This document shows, one piece after another, positions 1-7,529 of a stretch of DNA of 32,000 nucleotides (position 1 is its first letter; each line of letters opens with the position of its first letter). The DNA lies in NCBI GenBank assembly GCA_963677765.1, contig OY782392.1:480001-512000 (forward strand). The letters run 5' to 3'. A program made the translations under genes and the position numbers. The stretch is from Candidatus Saccharimonadota bacterium. GTDB lineage: Bacteria > Patescibacteriota > Gracilibacteria > BD1-5 > UBA6164. The notes beneath the pieces are model-generated. The model worked only from the letters and a program-made list of their open reading frames with translations. It did not search any database and was not told the origin of the DNA.

Positions 1-1161
1 TGTCAAATATTCTTTTTTTATCAAAGCTCAATTTTTTCAAGAAGGAAATTCTTTTGTTATAATTTCCTTAAAAACTCATATTCAATGATCTATATGTACA
101 ACATAATCTCATGATTTTATTTGCATTAACAAATCCATATTTTCACTAATACTTCTTTTTACTCTTTTTTTGATAAAGATTCTAGAAATATTGTCATCAC
201 ATATAACAAATATACTTTTAGATTTAAAACTTTTTAAATTATTTAGATTAGACTCAAAAACAATTACATCATCTAAGTTATTTAAATCTAAAAAGTTATT
301 AATAGTTTTTTTATTTTTTGTAAATATAAATTTTTTTATATTTTTGTCTTCTAATTTCAACTTTAAATCATCTAGATTTTGAATAAGCAAATCACTATAT
401 CATAAATCTATTGAGTTTTCATGATTTCACAATGATGAAAAAACTATATAATTATCTAATCATGAATATATATCATCAAAAGAAGCATAAAAATCTATAT
501 TGTCAATAAGAGTAAAAATATTATTTGAAGATTTATATTTATCCAGAAAATAATTATTAGAGTTTCTAGTAAATTCTAAATCGTGTAAAGATTTATTAAA
601 TCAAAAAACAAAATAGTCAAGATTCTTATCTCAATATATTATTTGATCTATTTCATTATCCCAAAAACTTATTTTTAATAATTGTCAAGTTTTGTCTGTA
701 TAAGTTAAAGTATCTCACATTATAAAAAATGTATATGGATTTTGACTGTCTGAAAATTTTATATTTAGTTCATTTAACTTTTTACTAAGTTCATTTATTT
801 CTATTTGTTGTCACTTAGAAATCTTAAAAATATTATTATATTCAAAATTAGATATATTCTCTGTTTCTAGATTAAAAATTTCTTGAGTAGCTATATAATT
901 AGATATATTGTTATAAAAAACATTAACAAAATCTATAAGATTATCTAGATCATAAAGCTTTAGTCATAAAAAAGATGATATCTTTATATAATTGTTAACT
1001 TGTTTAGAGTTTTCTACTACAACTAAAAAACTCTTATCAATAGACAAATAATCTTTTGATAAAAGTAACTTATTAAAGTTGTTTGAAAGTCATGTGTAAA
1101 TATTATTTTTTTCTAGATTTTTTAAAATATCAATCACTATATTTCATCTTATATTATACAA
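1..1161 (-). CDS. mfd: Transcription-repair coupling factor Mfd, N-terminal ~385 codons; the gene continues past the left edge of the window
   Basis: With TGA=Gly there is one open frame from ~1161 down to 1. It contains LKISFWDNEIDQII (UvrB-homology FFGDEI-like block) and a basic linker KKRVKRS. It then has GDYVVHIDHGIEFF (TRCF/CarD-like RNAP-interaction motif; its first G is the TGA at 109-111). There is no ATG near the 5' end; TTG at 1161-1159 is my guess for the start. Confidence 0.7.
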
Positions 1162-1224
1162 ATTGTTGATAAATTATATAAAAAAATTAAAATAAGAAAA
1201 ATTATTATTTTAGTTAATTTAAAA

Positions 1225-1785
1225 ATGAATTTATTTATAGATACTATATCAAAAAATTCAACAATGATATTATTTGATGATGCTAGAAATATAGTAAAAG
1301 AAAAACAATTTGAGATAAAATGAAATGAATCTAGTTTATTAATACCAAATATAGACAACTTTTTAAAAGAAAACAATATAGAGTATTTTGATTTGGAAAA
1401 TATAGTACTTGTAAATGGGCCTTGAAGCTTTACATGAGTTAGAACAAGTGTTTTAGCCGTTAATACTATAAACTATATAACTAAAAAAGATTTAACATGA
1501 ATGAGTTATTTTGATCTATATAGAAACTACCCTATAATAAAAACAAGCTCTAAAAGAGACTGCTTTATAAAGTTTTCTAAAGAAGATGAGATAAAAATAA
1601 TAAATAATGAAGAAATAATACAAACATTAAAGCAAAAAAATATTGATAAAATATATTGAGATGCTTTATTTGATTGAATACAAACTATTGAAAAAATAGA
1701 TTTTTCTGCTATAATAAAGGATATAAACTTGCAAAAAAATAAAAAACTAGAAGCAATGTATATAAAAAAACCTAATATTTGTTAA
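1225..1785 (+). CDS. tsaB: tRNA threonylcarbamoyladenosine (t6A) biosynthesis protein TsaB (YeaZ family), 186 aa
   Basis: ATG 1225, TAA 1783-1785. The signature VNGPGSFTGVRT has two of its Gly encoded by in-frame TGA (1423-1425, 1435-1437). Confidence 0.8.
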
Positions 1786-1794
1786 TAAAACAAA

Positions 1795-2310
1795 ATGCTA
1801 AAACTGGAAAATATGAAAGAATGAGAAAAAATTCTCATGGTTATTAGAAGACACTGGTTCATATATGTAATGTTATGACTATATTTTTTATGAGCATTAA
1901 TTTTTAGTATAATATTATACTTTTTATTATGAATTAATACATTAACAAATATAGCAAATATAATAATATGGATAATATTTTCACTATTTTTATATTTAGA
2001 ATGGTTAAATCATGAATTAGATTTATATGTTGTAACTGATTCAAGAGTTATATGAATAGAGCAACATTGATTTTTAGACAGAACAGTTAGTGAGTGTAAT
2101 TTATGACAAATACAAGAAGTAAATTCTCATACTAAATGACTAATCCCAAATCTACTTGATTTTTGAGATTTAAAAATACAAACAGCATGAAACATAACAA
2201 CAATGAGTATGCAATATGTACCTGTTCCTATGCAAAATGCTAGAAAAATATTAAATATAGTAGATGAATACAGAGAAAAATATCAAATATCTAAAAATAG
2301 CGAAATATAA
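1795..2310 (+). CDS. Membrane protein with bacterial PH-like (YdbS/YdbT, bPH_2-type) domain, 171 aa
   Basis: ATG 1795, TAA 2308-2310. Two hydrophobic helices (RRHWFIYVMLGLYFLGALIFSIILYF..., IIIWIIFSLFLYLEW) are followed by LDLYVVTDSRVIGIEQHGFLDRTVSE, typical of this family. It has several in-frame TGA codons. Confidence 0.6.
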
Positions 2311-2332
2311 TATATAAAATAATAACAAATTA

Positions 2333-3232
2333 ATGCAAGAATTAAACCTACAAGACATTTTGGACAATACAAGTGACATGTCAAAACAAAAAAAAGTATG
2401 ATATGTAGCTATAATATGAAGACCTAATGCTTGAAAGTCGACATTTATAAACTCTCTATTATGAGAAAAAGTTTCTATAACAACTAACACACCTCAAACA
2501 ACTAGAAGAAGAGTATTAGCAATATACAATGATGATGATAGTCAAATAATATTTTTTGATACTCCATGAATACATAAGCATGCAAAAGATTTCAACAAAA
2601 AAATAAATGAAGTAGCTATAAATTCTTTCAAAGAATCTGATTTGATACTGTATTTTATAGATTCAACTAGAGAATGATGAGAAGAAGAAAAATATATTAG
2701 AGAAATAGTAGATATGGTAAATAAACCTGTTATAAAAGTATATACTAAAACAGATTTACCAAACAAAATTCAAATACCGGAAAATGATAATGTACTAAAA
2801 ATATCAAGTCAAACAAAAGAATGATTTGATGAATTACTAGAAAAAACAAAAAGTTTTCTACAAGAATGACCTTTATTGTTTCCTGAAGAATACTATACAA
2901 AACAAGATATTTATTTTAGAATAAGTGAAATCATAAGAGAAAAAGCTTTTCTAGAAACAAAAGAAGAACTACCTCACTCTATATACATAACTGTAGAAGA
3001 AATAGAAGATAAAGAAGATATATTAAAAATAGTAGCATATATATATACTGATACAGAAAGTCAAAAATACATAGTAATATGAAACTCTTGAAAAAAAATT
3101 CAAGCTATTTGAAAACAAGCTAGAATAGAACTAGAAAAAATATTTGAAAAAAAAGTTTTTCTAGCCTTAAGAGCAAAAACACATAAAAACTGGAGAAAAA
3201 ATGAATGACTTATAAAAAAGATATTGAACTAA
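2333..3232 (+). CDS. era: GTPase Era, 299 aa
   Basis: GYVAIIGRPNAGKSTFINSLLG (G1; TGA at 2417-2419 is the Gly of GRPNAGKS), TTNTPQTTR, DTPGIH, KTD, and a C-terminal KH domain (GNSGKKIQAIGKQAR). ATG 2333, TAA 3230-3232. Confidence 0.9.
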
Positions 3233-3251
3233 TCAATATCTTTTTTTATAT

Positions 3252-3286
3252 AAAAAAATACTGATTTCAAAAATCAGTATTTTAAT
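3252..3286. terminator. Bidirectional rho-independent terminator between convergent era and the dsbA-like gene
   Basis: Perfect 10-bp stem atactgattt/aaatcagtat (3258-3280) with a 3-nt loop, an A-run on one side and a T-rich run on the other. A near-identical copy lies at 4559-4587. Confidence 0.7.
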
Positions 3287-3287
3287 T

Positions 3288-4472
3288 TTAGTCTACTAAT
3301 AAATTATCTATTAAATCTTTGAAATAATCAAATGGATAAGCTCATGGTAATACTTCGTATTCACCAGTAGTATTGTTTATTAAAAAATTATTTGGAGTTC
3401 ATTTAACTTTGAGTTTTTCTTGTCCAACATACATATGGTAATCTATTCTAGTTGAAGATCTTTTTTCTGATATACAAGTATCAAAATCATCTTTATCAAC
3501 ACTAGATGAAACTAAGTCATAAAATTGATTAGCATTAGATGAAGATTTGGCAAAACCTTGGTCTATAGCTGTATAATAAGTATCAGATCAAGCTAACTCT
3601 CCTATACATTCGATTGCTTCAGAAGCTTCTCTATTTCTAAATGGCATATTCATAAATATAATATTTACTTGATCACCATATTCTTCTAAAACCTTTGCAG
3701 GAGTTTTATCTGTTGAGTGCATTTTTTGACAATAAGTACATCCAAAATCACTAAATTCTAACCAAGTTACTTCAGCATCAGTGTTACCTTTTGTATATGA
3801 GTTGGTTTTTATATCTTCTAATAATCATTCTTCCATTATTTTGAAACCTCTTTCACTTATTTCTACAAATGGATCATGTGTAGCACCTATCTCTAAGTAA
3901 TATTCTCAATTGGGTAATAATTGTAAGTATTCATTTATTTTATATTGTTGTCCTAATTCAAGTGGATCATTACTAACATCAAATTTATTAGTACTAAATA
4001 CAAATACTGGTAAAGCTTCTATATTATTTTCTTTTAAGAAATCAACCACACCTTCATCAGCAAAATCCTTCTCAACTATATCTACTTTTTCTATAGAAGG
4101 CAATTCTCTTAACTGAACTAATATACTATCAATAGAAGTAGTTAAATCTCTAGAATCTGTTATAACTTTTATAGTTAAATCTTCATAATTAGATGTTATT
4201 TGTTTATTTTCATACTCTGATATATATTTATCAGTAATTCATAAAACTTCTACTATAAAAGCATAATTTTTTGAATCTCTATCTAATTTTTGTAATAATT
4301 TAGCAGCATTATATTCCAGCATATAAGCTTTTTCTGGATTTTTATCAAAAATATTATATACAATTTTTTCAAACTTATCTAAATTTTGTCTATCATTATT
4401 TGTTAAATTATAAGAGTTAACACTAGATACAAAGACAAAAAATAAGGTAAATAATATAAATAATTTTTTCAT
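3288..4472 (-). CDS. Secreted DsbA-family thiol:disulfide oxidoreductase, copy A (394 aa); chimeric N-terminus
   Basis: ATG 4472-4470, TAA 3290-3288; in-frame TGA codons include those at 4239-4241 and 3906-3908. The thioredoxin fold has the CxxC motif FSDFGCTYCQKMH. The N-terminal ~85 aa (signal peptide MKKLFILFTLFFVFVSSVNS plus a helical module) are homologous to the N-terminus of the gene at 10411, not to copy B. Confidence 0.8.
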
Positions 4473-4555
4473 AATATATGTTTAATTAATAATTATATAA
4501 TAAAGATATTATATAGTAAATGTAAAAAATAAAAAATCTTTATATTTTTAAAAAT
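4200..4555 (-). repeat. Left copy of an inverted repeat (promoter region + signal peptide + ~85-aa N-module)
   Basis: The reverse complement of 4200-4555 aligns with 10327-10682. Shared stretches include tttttaaaaatataaag..attattaattaaa..ATG and MKKL.ILF.LFFVF.S.VN.Y.LTNNDRQNLDKFEK.VYN.FDK.P.KAY.L.YNA..LL.KLDRDSKNYA.IVEVL....KYISEY. Confidence 0.8.
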
Positions 4556-4558
4556 ATT

Positions 4559-4587
4559 AAAAGACTGATTTCAAAAATCAGTCTTTT
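4559..4587 (-). terminator. Rho-independent terminator of dsbA-like copy B
   Basis: Stem aaaagactgattt/aaatcagtctttt with a 3-nt loop, T-rich on the minus strand afterwards. It is a paralog of the 3258-3280 hairpin and was duplicated with the gene. Confidence 0.65.
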
Positions 4588-4591
4588 AATA

Positions 4592-5638
4592 TTAGTCTAC
4601 TAATAAATTATCTATTAAATCTTTGAAAGAATCAAATGGATAAGCTCATGGTAATACTTCATATTCACCAGTAGTATTGTTTATTAAAACATTATTTGGA
4701 GTTCATTGAACATTAAATTTTTCTTGTCCAACATACATATGGTAGTCTATTCTAGTTGAAGCTCTTTTTTCTGATATACAAGTATCAAAATCATCTTTGT
4801 TAAGACTAGATGAAACTAAGTCATAAAATTGATCAGCAGTAGATGAAGAATTAGCAAAACCTTGATCTATAGCTGTATAATAAGCATCAGTTCAAGCTAA
4901 TTCTCCTATACATTCAATTGCTTCAGATGCTTCTCTATTTCTAAATGGCATATTCATAAATATAATATTTACTTGATCACCATATTCTTCTAAAACCTTT
5001 GCAGGAGTTTTGTCTGTTGAGTGCATTTTTTGACAAAAAGTACATCCAAAATCACTAAATTCTAACCAAGTTACTTCAGCATCAGTATTACCTTTTGTAT
5101 ATGAGTTAGATTTTATATCTTCTAATAATCATTCTTCCATTATTTTGAAACCTCTTTCACTTCTTTCTACAAATGGGTCATAAGTGGCACCTATTTCTAA
5201 GTAGTATTCACCGCTTGCAAGTGGATATAAGTACTCATTTATTTTGTATTGTTGACCTGGTTGAATAGGATCATCACTAACATCAAATTTTTTAGTACTA
5301 AATACTAAAGCTGGTAGAGTTTTTATATCGTTTTCTTTTAAGAAATCAGCTACACCTTCATCAGCAAAATCTTTTTCAACTATATCTGCTTTTGCTATAG
5401 AAGGTAACTCTTTTAGCTCCTCTAGAATAGTATCAACAGGAGTAGTCATATCTCTAGAATCAGTTATAACTTGTATAGTTAAATCTTCATAATTAGCTTG
5501 AATTTGTCCATTTGGAGAAACAACAGTTCAAGATTGTTTACCTAACATAAAAGCCATAACAACAATAGCTACAAACATAACAGCAATTATAGCTATCAAA
5601 GCTATAATTTTTGTATCCATACCTTGTTTTTCGTGCAT
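4592..5638 (-). CDS. Membrane-anchored DsbA-family thiol:disulfide oxidoreductase, copy B (348 aa)
   Basis: ATG 5638-5636, TAA 4594-4592. N-terminal TM helix KIIALIAIIAVMFVAIVVMAFML; CxxC motif FSDFGCTFCQKMH. By eye it is roughly 85-90% identical to copy A from NYEDLTI onward. Confidence 0.85.
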
Positions 5639-5751
5639 AGAATTAATTAATAATAAAATAAAATCTTAAACATTTTATAATTTAACTATAAAATGTAAAG
5701 TATAAAGCCAAAAACATATTTGACTTAATAGTAATATATTTTTTTATATAT

Positions 5752-5789
5752 AAATAGAATAGAATAGTAAAATAATTCTATTTTTTTTT
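5752..5789 (+). terminator. Terminator-like hairpin upstream of the IS110-type recombinase gene (function uncertain)
   Basis: 9-bp stem aaatagaat/attctattt (5752-5760 / 5775-5783), a 14-nt loop, then a T-run. No plus-strand gene lies upstream, so it may insulate the element or belong to a left-end RNA. Confidence 0.35.
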
Positions 5790-5863
5790 GTTATAAATGC
5801 AAAAGATAAGAGATATTTAGGTTAAAATATAAAAGACTTATTTTTTAAAACCTAATCCCAAAC

Positions 5864-7225
5864 ATGTCATATAAAAATATAAAACAATATACAAAATATA
5901 ACAAAAAAGAAACTGATAGAATGATTAATTACATATCAAATTTAGATAAAAATACAGAATTATATTTTTGATTTGATATAGCTAAAAGTTTTCATTATTT
6001 GAGTATTATAATAGACAGTTGAGAAAAAGAAATTTTTGATATATGAGAAATAAATAACTCTATAGAATGATTTGAAAAAATAAAATATATAATAGATAAT
6101 TTAGAAAATATATGAATAAATAAAGAATATATATATATATGATTAGAAGTAACCTGAAGTTATTATTTTTCTCTAATTAATTATTTTAAAAAACTAAATT
6201 TAAAAAATATTTATGTAATAAATGGTAGTAAAATAAAAAACTTTAACCTTTCTATAAATAACTCTCAAACAAAAAATGATAAACAAGATTCTATAATAAT
6301 AGCAAAATATATAAATACCTACAAAAATAAACTTCAAAAAAATGATAAAATAGAAGATACTCATATAGCTAAAAATAATTATTTAGAAATATCTAATCTA
6401 AAGTTTTTATATAGACAATTAAGAAAAGAAAAACAAGAAAGAAGAAGATTAATGTCAAAAATAAAAGAGCTTACAAATAGGGTTTTTCCGGAAATATATG
6501 ATGTATTTAAAAGTGCTAAATCAAGACCTTGAGAACTAGAATATTTTATAAAGTCAAACTATACAAAAAAAGAGATAATCTCTATGAAAAAGGAAGAATT
6601 TTATAATGATGTAATAAAAAAATCAAAAATAATAGACTCTTTTTGTAAAAATAAACCAAAAATTTTTATATTACATGAAATACTAAAAAACTCTATATGA
6701 ATATGTGATGATGATTGATTTTATAAGTTTCAAATGAAAATATTAGTTGATAAATATTATCAAACAGATAAAAACATAAAACAAATAGAGATTTTTATAT
6801 TAAAAGAGCTAAAAAAACAAAACATATATATACCAAAAATTCCTTGATCAAGTGATATCAGCATAGGAGCATTTTATTGTGAATTATGAGACTCAATATT
6901 TACAAAAGATCATAAACAAATTGCATGATTTATATGATGGTACCCTAGACAAAACTCTAGTTGATGAAAAACTATTTCTAAATCTAGACTAGAACAAAGA
7001 TGAAACAAACTATTAAGAGAACAAGTTTATCTAATAGCATATAACTTGTGTTCAAAAATAGAAGAGGTAAATCAGCTCAAAAAAAAATTAATGAAACAAA
7101 AAAATATAAAAGCTATAGAGGCATTGATAATAATATGATCTATATTTATAAGAATAATATCAACACTATATAAAACTTCACAAGATTTTGATTTAAATTT
7201 ATTTAAGACAAATTACCTAGAATAA
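5864..7225 (+). CDS. IS110-family transposase / DEDD recombinase, 453 aa
   Basis: I verified codon by codon that the frame is open from ATG 5864 to TAA 7223-7225, with 18 in-frame TGA (hand count). N-terminal RuvC-like motifs are YFGFDIAKSFHY, IGLEVTGSYY and KNDKQDSIIIAKYI. C-terminal motifs are IPKIPGSSDISIGAFYCELGD, IAGFIGWYPRQNSSGGK and RGNKLLREQVYLIAYN (Transposase_20-like with an SG serine motif). Confidence 0.85.
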
Positions 7226-7274
7226 TTTGTTTATAAATAAAAAATATTTTATAGCTTATTGATAATTATTATAT

Positions 7275-7432
7275 TGTTGAAGTAAGGACATAGATCCTAT
7301 AAGTAATTTGATAGATAATTTATTAAAAGATTATTATAAAATTGATATAAGCAAAAAATAAAAAACATATATAGAAAATAAGGACTTTTTGATCCTATGA
7401 GTAACTTGATGAAATTTTTATAAAATATTAGC
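7275..7432 (+). repeat. Two direct-repeat modules R1 (7275-7340) and R2 (7371-7432) in the IS 3' arm
   Basis: R1 is TGTTGAAGT-A-AGGAC-ATA-GATCCTAT-A-AGTAA-T-TTGAT-A-GATAATTTATTAAAAGATTA. R2 is ATAGAAAAT-A-AGGAC-TTTTT-GATCCTAT-G-AGTAA-C-TTGAT-G-AAATTTTTATAAAATATTA. The scaffold is conserved while the leading 9-mer varies. Confidence 0.75.
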
Positions 7433-7440
7433 TAGAAGAA

Positions 7441-7468
7441 ACCCAAATTGAACAATTACAATTTGGGT
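7441..7468 (+). other. Perfect 10-bp hairpin (acccaaattg / caatttgggt, 8-nt loop) inside the candidate ncRNA
   Basis: Read directly from the sequence. It is not followed by a T-run, so it is not a canonical terminator. The 5' arm repeats the AAACCCAA found 80 nt downstream at the start of the truncated S-layer paralog. Confidence 0.6.
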
Positions 7469-7529
7469 AAGGGCTATATATAAACTATAACAATATATGC
7501 TAAGTTAATAGAAAATTACTTTAAACCCA

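Larger units (their letters stand above)
3252..5497 (-). repeat. Tandem direct duplication (unit ~1305 bp) of the DsbA domain coding region plus its terminator
   Basis: 3255-4190 aligns with 4560-5497 at a constant offset of ~1305 nt (for example ctgatttcaaaaatcagt at 3261 and 4566). Nucleotide identity is high across the DsbA domain and terminator. Homology is lost at the 5' ends of the genes. Confidence 0.85.
5790..7517 (+). mobile_element. IS110-family element (possibly IS1111-like layout); right end at ~7516/7517, left boundary not determinable
   Basis: It carries a DEDD/Ser recombinase CDS plus a long structured 3' non-coding arm. The right boundary is defined by the abrupt start of homology to the intact S-layer gene at 7518. 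I found no terminal inverted repeats, which is usual for IS110. The expected left target half (TGTTGAAGT) is absent on the left side. Confidence 0.55.
7260..7517 (+). ncRNA. Candidate bridge RNA / seekRNA encoded in the 3' (right-end) arm of the IS110-family element
   Basis: A 292-nt non-coding arm follows the recombinase stop. It holds two ~60-nt direct-repeat modules, each with a small stem-loop (AGGAC..GATCCT) and a conserved AGTAA. Each is preceded by a 9-mer matching either the S-layer gene target (7275-7283 = revcomp of 14582-14590) or the element end (7371-7379 = 7508-7516). A perfect 10-bp hairpin at 7441-7468 contains AAACCCAA, which equals 7523-7530. RNA ends and strand are not established. 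Confidence 0.4.

Noticed and set aside
6130-6140. A short (AT)n run inside the recombinase gene
   Set aside because: It is a trivial low-complexity run in AT-rich coding sequence (codons TAT ATA TAT ATA). It is in frame and has no structural or regulatory context.
7275-7432. The two direct repeats with different preceding 9-mers as a mini CRISPR array
   Set aside because: There are only two copies, the repeats are ~60 nt with imperfect identity, there is no spacer-like regular spacing, and no cas genes are in the window. Placement in the arm of an IS110-type gene fits a bridge/seek RNA far better.
7441-7468. The hairpin after the recombinase gene as a simple transcription terminator
   Set aside because: It is a perfect 10-bp stem but is followed by aagggctatata rather than a T-run, and it lies 215 nt after the stop codon. 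I therefore listed it as part of the candidate RNA instead.
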